Notes: generated by a model not told the origin, from the letters alone. DNA of 25,180 bases from a virus (IMGVR_UViG_3300025103_000147:1-25180), one strand, 5' to 3'. Counted from the stretch's first letter, positions 16,206-25,180 are shown. A program made the numbers and translations.

Positions 16206-16763
16206 ATGGGATATTTTGGAAACGCTATAGTGATTACTAAATCCGATACTATCGATGGTCTTCCAGCATGGGAATTTATGAACCAAACAGGAAGTCTAGG
16301 TAAATACTTAGCGGGTTCTGTTATATACGTAGGTGACGGCGCTGGTAGTAAAGATGTAAATGTAATTATAGCAGGAACAGTTGGTGCACAAAATACTGTC
16401 ACTGATTTAACAATAACCGATGGTGGTTCAGGTTACACTGGAGGTACTGGGGTTGCTACAACAACTACAGGTGATGGATCTGGTTTAACAGTTAATACAA
16501 CTGTTACAACTGGTGCAGTTACTGCTGTAGCTATTAACGCTGCAGGATCTGGTTATAAACTAGGAGATATAGTAACTATTTCTACTGGAGGCGCTAACGC
16601 TACAGTAAGAGTAGATAGTATACAAAGTTTATTACCAGCAGTGAGTGATGGAGTATTGTTTCAAAACTTAAACAATGGTGATGTATTACCAGTAAAAGTA
16701 GATTATGTATTAAGTACAAGTACTACAGCTGGTGATTTTGTAGCCATGAGAAATGAAACATAA
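16206..16763 (+). CDS. Head-spike base-like protein (RcGTA Rcc01079-like) with inserted GSGY domain
   Basis: A.VITKSD...IYVG...V.V and LFQNL..GDVLPVKVDYV..TSTTA.D.VAM flank an ITDGGSGYT...INAAGSGYKLGD insert. Confidence 0.6.
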   Translation: MGYFGNAIVITKSDTIDGLPAWEFMNQTGSLGKYLAGSVIYVGDGAGSKDVNVIIAGTVGAQNTVTDLTITDGGSGYTGGTGVATTTTGDGSGLTVNTTVTTGAVTAVAINAAGSGYKLGDIVTISTGGANATVRVDSIQSLLPAVSDGVLFQNLNNGDVLPVKVDYVLSTSTTAGDFVAMRNET

Positions 16764-16801
16764 ATTAAAAACAATTATTAACAATTAAATTAAATCAAAT
16801 T

Positions 16802-17077
16802 ATGAGTAAAAAAGTTAACAAAATTACAAAAGAAGAATTAGAACAAGTAAATGGACTAATTAGCAAATCAAATCAAATAGCTATGCAATTAGGATCTCTA
16901 GATGTTTCTAAAGACGGATTAATACAAGAGTTTAAAGCAAATCAAACTTTAATAGAAAAATTTAAAACTGGTTTACAAGAAACCTATGGTGAAATATCTA
17001 TAGATTTAAATGACGGTAGTTTTACTGAAGTTGAAAAAGTTAAAGAAGATGAAGTAGAAAGTAATAATGGAAAATAA
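16802..17077 (+). CDS. Small coiled-coil hypothetical protein
   Basis: 91 aa. Heptad-like helices followed by YGEISIDLNDGSF. Strong TAAAT leader. Confidence 0.75.
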   Translation: MSKKVNKITKEELEQVNGLISKSNQIAMQLGSLDVSKDGLIQEFKANQTLIEKFKTGLQETYGEISIDLNDGSFTEVEKVKEDEVESNNGK

Positions 17078-17294
17078 TATACGGAAAATCAGTATTGGTT
17101 CTGATTATAAAAATGATGCAATGCATTATGCAGTAGGACAACAAGTTTACGGCGGTCATATTATTTCTCATATTATTTTAGAACCAGAAGATAATTCATA
17201 TAATATTTATATAAAAAAAAACAATGAGGTATTGCCTTGGAAGAAGTTTAATTCTAACATGGCAATATCCGTTGAGTATGATTTAGAATATTAA
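17067..17294 (+). CDS. Hypothetical protein
   Basis: 75 aa, translationally coupled on both sides; core IRKISIGSDYKNDAMHYAVGQ. Confidence 0.8.
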   Translation: MENNIRKISIGSDYKNDAMHYAVGQQVYGGHIISHIILEPEDNSYNIYIKKNNEVLPWKKFNSNMAISVEYDLEY

Positions 17295-17911
17295 TGAAAA
17301 GTTTATATGATTTTATCGTAGAACCCCTAGGTGAAACATATAGTAATGAAGTTCAAGTAGAGAATAAAAGTTTAATTTTAAATACTAAAATAGAAAGTTT
17401 TAAATTTGTTAATAGACATGCTATAGTAAAATCATGTCCTTTAGCTTATTATACTGGAATAAATGTAGGTGATACAATAATAGTTCATCAAAATGTATTT
17501 AGAGTTTTTTATGATACTATGGGAAAACAAAAAAAAAGTAGATCTTGGTTTAAAGATAACTTATATTTTTGTCAACCAGATCAAATTTATTTATATAAAC
17601 AAAATGGAGAGTGGAAAAGTTTTAATGATAGATGTTTTATAAAACCTATAAAAAATAAATCTACTTTAAGCAATGAAAAAGAACAAAAGCTTATAGGGAT
17701 ATTAAAATATGGTAATAGTTCATTAGAAGACAAGAAAATAAACCCAGGAGACTTAGTAGGTTATACTCCTTATGGAGAATGGGAGTTTGTGATTGAAGGA
17801 GAGCGATTATACTGTATGAAATCAAATGATATTGTAATTAAATATGAAAACAAAGGAAACCAAGAAGAATATAATCCAAGCTGGACAAGTAGCAGTAGAG
17901 GAATTAATTAA
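17294..17911 (+). CDS. Tandem GroES/Cpn10-like domain protein
   Basis: Two units fitting the GroES pattern: MKSLYDFIVEP...LIL...AIVKS.P...INVGDTIIV and WKSFNDRCFIKP...IGILKY...INPGDLVGY...FVIEGERLYCMKSNDI. Confidence 0.65.
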   Translation: MKSLYDFIVEPLGETYSNEVQVENKSLILNTKIESFKFVNRHAIVKSCPLAYYTGINVGDTIIVHQNVFRVFYDTMGKQKKSRSWFKDNLYFCQPDQIYLYKQNGEWKSFNDRCFIKPIKNKSTLSNEKEQKLIGILKYGNSSLEDKKINPGDLVGYTPYGEWEFVIEGERLYCMKSNDIVIKYENKGNQEEYNPSWTSSSRGIN

Positions 17912-18122
17912 AGTAGCTAAAGAACCTATTGTAGATTCAGATGATGACATATCTGCAGATAGATTAAAAAATGCTGCTGCAACTAAAAAGTTAGCTATAT
18001 TTGATGCTTTTGAAATTCTAAATAGAATTGAAGAAGAAAAGAATATGTTAGAGGACAAACCTAAAGAAGAAGTTAAAAAAGAAAAACCTTTCAAAGGTTT
18101 TGCAGAAGGAAGGTCTAAATAA
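17844..18122 (+). CDS. Putative terminase small subunit
   Basis: 92-aa helical protein directly upstream of, and coupled (TAATG) to, TerL. Assigned by position. Confidence 0.5.
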   Translation: MKTKETKKNIIQAGQVAVEELIKVAKEPIVDSDDDISADRLKNAAATKKLAIFDAFEILNRIEEEKNMLEDKPKEEVKKEKPFKGFAEGRSK

Positions 18123-20335
18123 TGTATATACAAACTTTATATAAAATATTAAAAAACCATATAAAGCCCCATATAATAAAAAGAAATAATAAAAATAAAA
18201 AATGGGAATATGGATACAATAAAGAACATGATATTATTGTTATAAGTAGAGATGGTACGATAGGAGAAATATATGAAATCCAAAATTTAAAAATAGCTAT
18301 TCCAGCACTACCTAAAGTTGTACACAAATTTAAAACTAATAAATTTGAAAAAACAGAATATCCTAAAGAATTAAATAGAATTAAAACAGTTTTTGATTGG
18401 AAACAATATCCACAAGATTTTAAAGAAAAGTGGTTTACATATATAGATCAGGAATTTAAAAAGCGAGAAGAAGGTTTTTGGTATTATAACAAAAAAATTC
18501 CTACTTACTTAACAGGTACTCATTATATGTATTTACAATGGAGTAAGATTGATGTAGGAGCGCCGGATTTTAGAGAAGCTAATAGATTATTCTTTATATT
18601 TTGGGAAGCTTGTAAAGCAGATGTAAGATGCTATGGAATGTGTTATTTAAAAAATAGACGTTCTGGTTTTTCTTTTATGGCATCAGGAGAAGTAGTAAAC
18701 TTAGCCACAATATCTAGTGATTCAAGATATGGAATACTATCTAAAACTGGACCCGATGCTAAAAAGATGTTTACCGATAAAGTTGTTCCTATATCAGTTA
18801 ATTATCCTTTCTTCTTTAAACCGATTCAAGACGGTATGGATCGACCTAAAACCGAATTAGCGTACAGAGTACCAGCTTCTAAATTTACTAGAAGAAAAAT
18901 AGAATTAGGAACTGAAGCAGAGGATTTACAAGGACTTGATACAACAATTGACTGGAAAAATACTGGAGATAATAGTTATGATGGTGAAAAATTAAAACTA
19001 TTAGTACATGATGAATCAGGTAAATGGGAAAGACCTAATAATATTCTAAATAATTGGAGGGTTACAAAAACAACATTAAGATTAGGTAGTAGGATTATTG
19101 GAAAATGTATGATGGGTTCTACTTCAAACGCGTTAGATAAAGGAGGGGATAATTTCAAAAAACTATATGATGATTCAGACGTCACTAAAAGAAACGCCAA
19201 CGGACAGACTCGCTCAGGACTCTATTCTTTGTTCATTCCTATGGAGTGGAACTACGAGGGATACATTGATTCTTATGGATTACCTGTATTCGACACACCG
19301 AAAACAGCTAAACATGGCCCAAAGGGTGAAAAAATAGAAATTGGAGTTATAAAATATTGGGAAAACGAAGTAGAAGGTTTAAAAGAAGATCAAAATGGTT
19401 TAAATGAATTCTACAGACAGTTTCCTCGAACAACACAACATGCATTTAGAGATGAATCTAAAGCATCTTTATTTAATCTAGTTAAAATATATGAACAAAT
19501 AGATTTTAATGAAGATTCAAAAAGTTATAATATGGTTACCAAAGGATCTTTCCAATGGGAACACGGTGTTAAAGATACCAAAGTTTTGTTTATGCCTAAT
19601 GAACATGGTAGATTTAATATTTCATGGGTACCTCCTATTCAATTACAAAACAATGTAATAATGAAAAATGGAGTAAGATTTCCAGGTAATAAACATACTG
19701 GATGTTTTGGGTGTGACCCTTATGATATATCAGGAACTGTAGATGCAAGAGGATCTAATGGTTCTTTACACGGACTTACAAAATTTTCTATGGAAAACGT
19801 ACCTCCAAATATGTTTTTTTTAGAATATATATCAAGACCACAAACTGCTGAAATATTTTTTGAAGATGTTTTAATGGCTTGTGTGTTTTATGGAATGCCA
19901 ATATTAGCGGAAAATAATAAACCTCGACTTTTATATCATTTTAAAAGAAGAGGATATAGAGGGTTTTCTATGAATAGACCAGATAAACTATTAATGAAAC
20001 TTTCTGTTACTGAGAGAGAGATAGGTGGCATACCAAATTCAAGTGAAGATATTAAACAAGCCCATGCTGCTGCAATAGAATCTTATATAGAAACTTATGT
20101 AGGTAATTTAAACTTAAAGTATGGGGATATGTATTTTCAAAAAACATTAGAAGATTGGGCTAAATTTGATATAAATAATAGAACCAAACATGATGCTTCT
20201 ATTAGTTCAGGACTAGCTATAATGGGTTGTAATAAAAACATGTACAAACCTATATATAAAAAAGAAACAACTCCTACGCCATTAGGTTTTAAAAAATATA
20301 ATAATAAAGGAGCTTTTTCTAAAATAATAAAATAA
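18122..20335 (+). CDS. terL: Terminase large subunit
   Basis: Deviant Walker A LKNRRSGFS, Walker B LLVHDESGKW, coupling motif MGSTSN, RNase H-like nuclease motifs GCDPYD, LAENN and HDASISSGLA. Precedes the portal gene. Confidence 0.92.
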   Translation: MYIQTLYKILKNHIKPHIIKRNNKNKKWEYGYNKEHDIIVISRDGTIGEIYEIQNLKIAIPALPKVVHKFKTNKFEKTEYPKELNRIKTVFDWKQYPQDFKEKWFTYIDQEFKKREEGFWYYNKKIPTYLTGTHYMYLQWSKIDVGAPDFREANRLFFIFWEACKADVRCYGMCYLKNRRSGFSFMASGEVVNLATISSDSRYGILSKTGPDAKKMFTDKVVPISVNYPFFFKPIQDGMDRPKTELAYRVPASKFTRRKIELGTEAEDLQGLDTTIDWKNTGDNSYDGEKLKLLVHDESGKWERPNNILNNWRVTKTTLRLGSRIIGKCMMGSTSNALDKGGDNFKKLYDDSDVTKRNANGQTRSGLYSLFIPMEWNYEGYIDSYGLPVFDTPKTAKHGPKGEKIEIGVIKYWENEVEGLKEDQNGLNEFYRQFPRTTQHAFRDESKASLFNLVKIYEQIDFNEDSKSYNMVTKGSFQWEHGVKDTKVLFMPNEHGRFNISWVPPIQLQNNVIMKNGVRFPGNKHTGCFGCDPYDISGTVDARGSNGSLHGLTKFSMENVPPNMFFLEYISRPQTAEIFFEDVLMACVFYGMPILAENNKPRLLYHFKRRGYRGFSMNRPDKLLMKLSVTEREIGGIPNSSEDIKQAHAAAIESYIETYVGNLNLKYGDMYFQKTLEDWAKFDINNRTKHDASISSGLAIMGCNKNMYKPIYKKETTPTPLGFKKYNNKGAFSKIIK

Positions 20336-22750
20336 ATGATAACATACAATTACGCAGGTTCATTTCCCAGTCAGGTAGTACCAGACGCGGAAAAGCAAAC
20401 AATGGAATATGGTTATGCAGTAGGTAGAGCCATCGAAGGAGAGTGGTTTTCTGGAGATAGAGGAGGTATGGGAAATAGATACCAAAATAGTTGGTTAAAC
20501 TTCCATAGATTAAGATTATATGCTAGAGGAGAACAACCTGTGCAAAAATATAAAGATGAATTAGCTGTAAATGGTGATTTATCTTATTTAAATTTAGATT
20601 GGAAACCAGTACCTATTATACCTAAATTTGTTGATATAATAGTAAATGGAATGTCACAAAGAATTTTTGATATAAAAGCGTTTGCTCAAGATCCTGAATC
20701 ATTAAAAGAAAGAACAAAATATGCCGACGCAATAATGCGTGATATGTATGCTAAAGAGATGATAAAAGCTACCAAAGAAGCTACAGGTATGGATTTCTTT
20801 AATTCAGCAGATCCTAATAATATACCTGAAACTCAAGAAGATTTAGACTTGCATATGCAGCTTAGTTATAAACAATCTATAGAAATCGCAGAAGAAGAAG
20901 CTATTGATAGCGTGTTACAAGCTAATAAATATGAGTTAGTTAAAAAAAGAATGATTCAGGATTTAACAATTATTGGAATTGGAGCTGTTAAAACCAATTT
21001 TAATTTAGCTAATGGTATAGATGTAGAGTATGTAGATCCTGCTAATTTAGTGTATTCTTATACAGAAGATCCAAATTTTGAAGATATATATTATGTAGGA
21101 GAAGTTAAGTCTTTAAGTTTAGTAGAAGTTAAAAAACAATTTCCATGGTTAACTGATGAGGAATTAGAAAAAATACAAAAATTTCCAGGTAACGCTAATT
21201 ATACTAGAAACTTTTATGCTCAACAAGATTCTTATAATCAAATACAAGTTCTATATTTTGAATATAAAACTTATAGTAATCAAGTATTTAAAATTAAACA
21301 AACAGAACAAGGATTAGAAAAAGCATTAGAAAAACCTGATACATTTGATCCTCCTACTAATGATAACTTTGAAAGAGTAGGTAGAGCTATAGAAGTTTTA
21401 TACAGTGGAGCTAAAATTTTAGGTCATGAAATGATGCTTGAATGGAAATTAGCAGAAAACATGACTAGACCTACATCTAATGTAAGTAGAGTTAACATGA
21501 ATTATTGTATTTGTGCTCCTCATATATACAAAGGTATGATTGAATCAACAGTTAGTAGAATAACAGGATTTGCTGATATGATACAATTAACTCACTTAAA
21601 ACTACAACAAGTATTATCTCGTATGGTACCTGATGGGGTTTTTGTAGATGTAGATGGACTAGCTGAAGTTGATTTAGGTAATGGAACTAATTATAATCCA
21701 GCTGAAGCATTAAACATGTATTTCCAAACTGGTAGTATTGTAGGAAGATCCATGACACAAGAAGGAGATATAAATAGAGGTAAAGTTCCTATTCAAGAAT
21801 TACAAACTTCTTCAGGAGGACAAAAAATAGCTAGTTTAATTCAAACATATCAATACTATCTACAAATGATAAGAGATGTGACCGGATTAAATGAAGCTAC
21901 AGATGCTAGTACTCCAGACGTTAAAGCTTTAGTAGGAATACAAAAACTTGCAGCTGCTAATTCTAACACTGCGTTAAGACATTTAATGAAATCTAGTTTA
22001 TATATTACATTAAGAATATGTGAAAATATTTCATTAAGAATTGCAGATGTATTACAATATCCTTTAACTAGAGCTGCATTAATGGATTCAATTTCTGCAT
22101 ATAACACTGGAACATTAGAAGAATTAAAAGAAAAAACCTTACAAGATTTTGGAATATTCTTAGAATTAGAGCCAGATGAAGAACAAAAAATGATGCTTGA
22201 ACAAAATATTCAAGTAGCACTATCTTCTGGAGGTATTGATTTAGATGATGCTATTGATGTAAGGCAGGTTAAAAACTTAAAACTTGCTAATCAATTATTA
22301 AAACAAAAACGTAAGCAAAAATTAGAAAAAGATCAAGCTCAACAACAAGCTAATATACAAGCTCAAGCGGCTGCAAATGCAAAAGCAGCTGAACAAGCAA
22401 CTTTAGCAGAAATGCAAAAACAACAAGCTTTAGCTGAAACAGAAGTTCAAATAGAGCAAGCTAAATCTCAATTTGAAATTCAAAGAATGCAAACAGAAGC
22501 CTCAATTAAAAAAGAATTAATGGCTGAAGAATTTGGTTATAATGTACAGTTAGCTGAAATAAAAGCTGGAGCAGAAGGTAAAAAAGAAAAAGAAATTGAA
22601 AATAGAAAAGATAACAGAATTAAAATGCAAGGATCACAAGAATCTCAATTAATACAGCAAAGACAAAACAATGCTTTGCCTACTGATTTTGAATCTGCAG
22701 GTTTTGATTCGTTAGGTGGATTTGGATTAGAACAATTTGAACCACGTTAA
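20336..22750 (+). CDS. Portal protein
   Basis: 804 aa between TerL and scaffold. Motifs PIIPKFVDIIVNG, VDPANLV, IRDVTGLNEA; long Q/A/E-rich C-terminal coiled coil resembling a P22-like barrel. Confidence 0.85.
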   Translation: MITYNYAGSFPSQVVPDAEKQTMEYGYAVGRAIEGEWFSGDRGGMGNRYQNSWLNFHRLRLYARGEQPVQKYKDELAVNGDLSYLNLDWKPVPIIPKFVDIIVNGMSQRIFDIKAFAQDPESLKERTKYADAIMRDMYAKEMIKATKEATGMDFFNSADPNNIPETQEDLDLHMQLSYKQSIEIAEEEAIDSVLQANKYELVKKRMIQDLTIIGIGAVKTNFNLANGIDVEYVDPANLVYSYTEDPNFEDIYYVGEVKSLSLVEVKKQFPWLTDEELEKIQKFPGNANYTRNFYAQQDSYNQIQVLYFEYKTYSNQVFKIKQTEQGLEKALEKPDTFDPPTNDNFERVGRAIEVLYSGAKILGHEMMLEWKLAENMTRPTSNVSRVNMNYCICAPHIYKGMIESTVSRITGFADMIQLTHLKLQQVLSRMVPDGVFVDVDGLAEVDLGNGTNYNPAEALNMYFQTGSIVGRSMTQEGDINRGKVPIQELQTSSGGQKIASLIQTYQYYLQMIRDVTGLNEATDASTPDVKALVGIQKLAAANSNTALRHLMKSSLYITLRICENISLRIADVLQYPLTRAALMDSISAYNTGTLEELKEKTLQDFGIFLELEPDEEQKMMLEQNIQVALSSGGIDLDDAIDVRQVKNLKLANQLLKQKRKQKLEKDQAQQQANIQAQAAANAKAAEQATLAEMQKQQALAETEVQIEQAKSQFEIQRMQTEASIKKELMAEEFGYNVQLAEIKAGAEGKKEKEIENRKDNRIKMQGSQESQLIQQRQNNALPTDFESAGFDSLGGFGLEQFEPR

Positions 22751-22782
22751 ATTATTTATTAATTATTTAATTATATTATATT

Positions 22783-23994
22783 ATGTCAGAAAAAACAAAA
22801 ACAAATGAACCTGTTAAACAAGAAGGTGACTTTAAAATAAAAAAGAAAAGAGTACCTAAAAAATTAACAGTTCCAGAAGAAACAGTTAAAATTGATATGG
22901 AAGCAGTAAAAAAAGCTTCTGAACCAATTAAAGTTGATTTAACTAAAACAGAAAACAAAGATGCCGTTCAAAAACAAAAGACAGAGGAAAGCGTGTTACG
23001 CGAAGAAGGACCCGAGATGGGACTGCAAGAAGTGGGACAAACACACGAAGGGACCACTGAAAATGTTATTGAAGAAATACCAATAACTGAAGAAGAAAAG
23101 AAAGCAGAAAAGAAGAAAGAAGAAAATAAAGTAAAAGAAGAAGCAAAACCAGTAAAACAACCAATGAAACAACTACCTGAAAACGTAGAAAAACTTGTTT
23201 CATTTATGGAAGAAACTGGAGGAACGGTAGAAGATTATGTAAGATTAAACGCTGATTATGAAAAAGTTGATAATGAAGCGTTATTACGAGAATATTATAA
23301 AAATACTCGTCCACATTTAACTTATGATGAAGTTAACTTTTTATTAGAAGATAATTTTAAAATAGACGAAAACGTAGACGAAGAACGCGATGTGAGAAAG
23401 AAAAAACTCGCGTATAAAGAAGAGGTTGGAAAAGCCAAAAGTTATTTAAATGATCTTAAAACTAAATATTACGATGAAATCAAGTTGAGACCTAACGTAA
23501 ATAAAGATCAGCAAAATGCTATAGATTTTTTCAATCGCTATAATGAAGATCAGAAAACACTATCTAAGCAAAGAGAGGTTTTTCAAAAAGTAACTAAAGA
23601 TACTTTTACTGATGAATTCAAAGGTTTTGATTTTAAAGTAGGTGAGAAAAAATTTAGATACGGAGTAAGAAATCCAAACGAAATAGTGGAAAAACAAACA
23701 GATATAACTCCTTTTGTCAAGACGTTCTTGGATGAAAAGGGACTATTAGTTGATCCACAAGGATATCACAAGGCCATGTATGCTGCTAGAAATTCTGATA
23801 CTATTGCTAAACATTTTTATGAGCAAGGAAAGGCGGATGCTACTAAAGATTTAGTTGCTAAAACTAAAAATTTAAGTACTGAACCTAGACAAGAAGCTTC
23901 AGGAGATGTTTTTGTTGGTGGTATTAAAGTTAAAGCCATAAGTGGTGCTGATGCTTCAAAACTAAGAATAAAAACAAGGAAATTTAACAATTAA
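22783..23994 (+). CDS. Capsid scaffolding/assembly protein
   Basis: 403 aa. E/K-rich disordered N-half and helical C-half; located between portal and MCP. Confidence 0.75.
   Translation: MSEKTKTNEPVKQEGDFKIKKKRVPKKLTVPEETVKIDMEAVKKASEPIKVDLTKTENKDAVQKQKTEESVLREEGPEMGLQEVGQTHEGTTENVIEEIPITEEEKKAEKKKEENKVKEEAKPVKQPMKQLPENVEKLVSFMEETGGTVEDYVRLNADYEKVDNEALLREYYKNTRPHLTYDEVNFLLEDNFKIDENVDEERDVRKKKLAYKEEVGKAKSYLNDLKTKYYDEIKLRPNVNKDQQNAIDFFNRYNEDQKTLSKQREVFQKVTKDTFTDEFKGFDFKVGEKKFRYGVRNPNEIVEKQTDITPFVKTFLDEKGLLVDPQGYHKAMYAARNSDTIAKHFYEQGKADATKDLVAKTKNLSTEPRQEASGDVFVGGIKVKAISGADASKLRIKTRKFNN
22961..23086 (+). CDS. Overprinted small basic protein (41 aa) in +1 frame of scaffold gene
   Basis: MPFKNKRQRKACYAKKDPRWDCKKWDKHTKGPLKMLLKKYQ*. 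A-rich leader AAAACAGAAAACAAAG-ATG; coincides with a local GC/codon anomaly in the scaffold gene. Resembles the MPFKS.xQR...W small phage protein family. Confidence 0.7.
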   Translation: MPFKNKRQRKACYAKKDPRWDCKKWDKHTKGPLKMLLKKYQ

Positions 23995-24008
23995 AACTAT
24001 TTAAAAAA

Positions 24009-25180
24009 ATGAGTTTAAGTCCACAATTTGGGAAAATAGTCCCATCACAAAAACAGGAGTTACTTGATAGTAACTACCTACAATGGACAGACTCGGCTAC
24101 AGCTGGAACATTCGCTGATTTCGCGCAACAATATTTGCCTGAAATTTATGAACAAGAAGTTGAAAGATATGGTAATAGAACTTTATCTGGATTCTTACGA
24201 ATGGTAGGAGCTGAAATGCCGATGACGTCTGATCAGGTCATTTGGTCTGAACAAAATAGATTACATATAGCTTATGATGATTGCGCAATCGACAATGGTG
24301 TCGGTGGAAATACAGTAACTATTCCTACTGCAGCATCTGGTTTAGCAAATGCTAGCGCAGATATTAAAAACGTAGTATCTCCAAGGAGTACTATCGTTAT
24401 TATGGACGATGCTGGAAAAGAAATCAAAGCTTATGTAGATACAAGTCAAACATCAACAGGTGTGTTAGCTGTATTACCATATACGGCTGCAGATTTACAA
24501 GGATTTGCCACTACAGGTAAGATCTTTGTTTATGGATCTGAATTCCTAAAAGGATCATCAGTAGGAAATGCTAGTGATACTTTAGGTGCTATTGGTAATG
24601 ACGGCGGTTGGATCAGTGTTGATCCTGCTTTCCAACAATATTCTAACTCACCAATTATAATTAGAAGCAAATATGTTGTTTCTGGTTCTGACACTGCGCA
24701 GATTGGTTGGGTAGAAGTTGCTACAGAAGATGGTACTTCAGGATACTTATGGTATCTAAAAGCTGAGTCTGAAACAAGACTAAGATTTGAAGACAATTTA
24801 GAAATGGCAATGGTTGAAGGAGAAAAAGCTGCTGCTGGTTCTGCTGCAATTGGTTCTGCTAATGTTGGCGTAGGAACACAAGGTTTATTTGCTGCTATCT
24901 CTGATAGAGGTAATGTAAACACTGGGTTTACTGCTTCAGCTGGTATTGATTCGTTTGATGCTATTCTTAAAAATTTAGATACTCAGGGTGCTATTGAAGA
25001 AAACATGCTTTTCTTACAAAGACAAACTGCTCTTGACTTTGATGATATGCTTGCGCAAATCTCAGGTGGTTATGCTGGCGGTACTGCATTCGGTTTATTT
25101 GAAAATTCTGAAGAAATGGCGTTGAATTTAGGTTTCTCTGGTTTTAGAAGAGGTTCTTATGACTTCTATAAAACTGATTG
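24009..25180 (+). CDS. Major capsid protein (3'-truncated), not in ORF track
   Basis: ATG 24009 is open to the window end: MSLSPQFGKIVPSQ...FAQQYLPEIYEQEVERYGNRTLSGFLRMVGAEMPMTSDQVIWSEQNRLH...GYLWYLKAESETRLRFED. Follows the scaffold gene. Confidence 0.88.
   Translation, partial: MSLSPQFGKIVPSQKQELLDSNYLQWTDSATAGTFADFAQQYLPEIYEQEVERYGNRTLSGFLRMVGAEMPMTSDQVIWSEQNRLHIAYDDCAIDNGVGGNTVTIPTAASGLANASADIKNVVSPRSTIVIMDDAGKEIKAYVDTSQTSTGVLAVLPYTAADLQGFATTGKIFVYGSEFLKGSSVGNASDTLGAIGNDGGWISVDPAFQQYSNSPIIIRSKYVVSGSDTAQIGWVEVATEDGTSGYLWYLKAESETRLRFEDNLEMAMVEGEKAAAGSAAIGSANVGVGTQGLFAAISDRGNVNTGFTASAGIDSFDAILKNLDTQGAIEENMLFLQRQTALDFDDMLAQISGGYAGGTAFGLFENSEEMALNLGFSGFRRGSYDFYKTD

Noticed and set aside
4173-24922. 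All minus-strand ORFs in the track (e.g. 4173-4424, 9579-10118, 15659-15964, 17822-18133, 24530-24922)
   Set aside because: They are antisense shadows of well-supported plus-strand genes, with no recognisable motifs or leaders.
1-25180. Stop-codon reassignment, tRNA genes, introns/inteins, integrase or IS elements
   Set aside because: Genes tile densely under code 11 with both TAA and TAG used as stops. TerL, portal and MCP are uninterrupted. No intergenic gap shows a cloverleaf or terminal inverted repeats.

Overview
AT-rich, all-plus-strand virion morphogenesis region of a tailed dsDNA phage. The host is most likely Bacteroidota/Flavobacteriia, inferred from the absence of Shine-Dalgarno motifs, A-rich/TAAAT leaders, and a gene set resembling marine GroEL-encoding Cellulophaga phi38:1-like phages. 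Gene order: fibre/adhesin cluster (239-8503); hypothetical gene, groEL, groES and a wHTH protein (8589-11145); a run of small, disordered putative capsid-internal proteins plus a HEXXH metallopeptidase (11147-15688); 3TM holin; head-spike base protein; tandem GroES-like protein; TerS, TerL, portal, scaffold and a partial major capsid protein. Points not shown by the ORF track: (1) a 41-aa gene overprinted in the +1 frame of the scaffold gene (MPFKNKRQR...), and a weaker candidate inside terL; (2) shared M-x-F N-termini and P-[LAVM]-[KR]-[QNM] motifs across small proteins, the scaffold and the overprinted peptide, with the peptidase sharing the N-terminus, suggesting a cargo-targeting/processing system; (3) two compact H-type pseudoknots in 5' leaders; (4) a repeated ~30-bp promoter-like motif; (5) a possible daisy-chain fibre docking code. 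All family calls come from motif recognition by eye; no searches were run.
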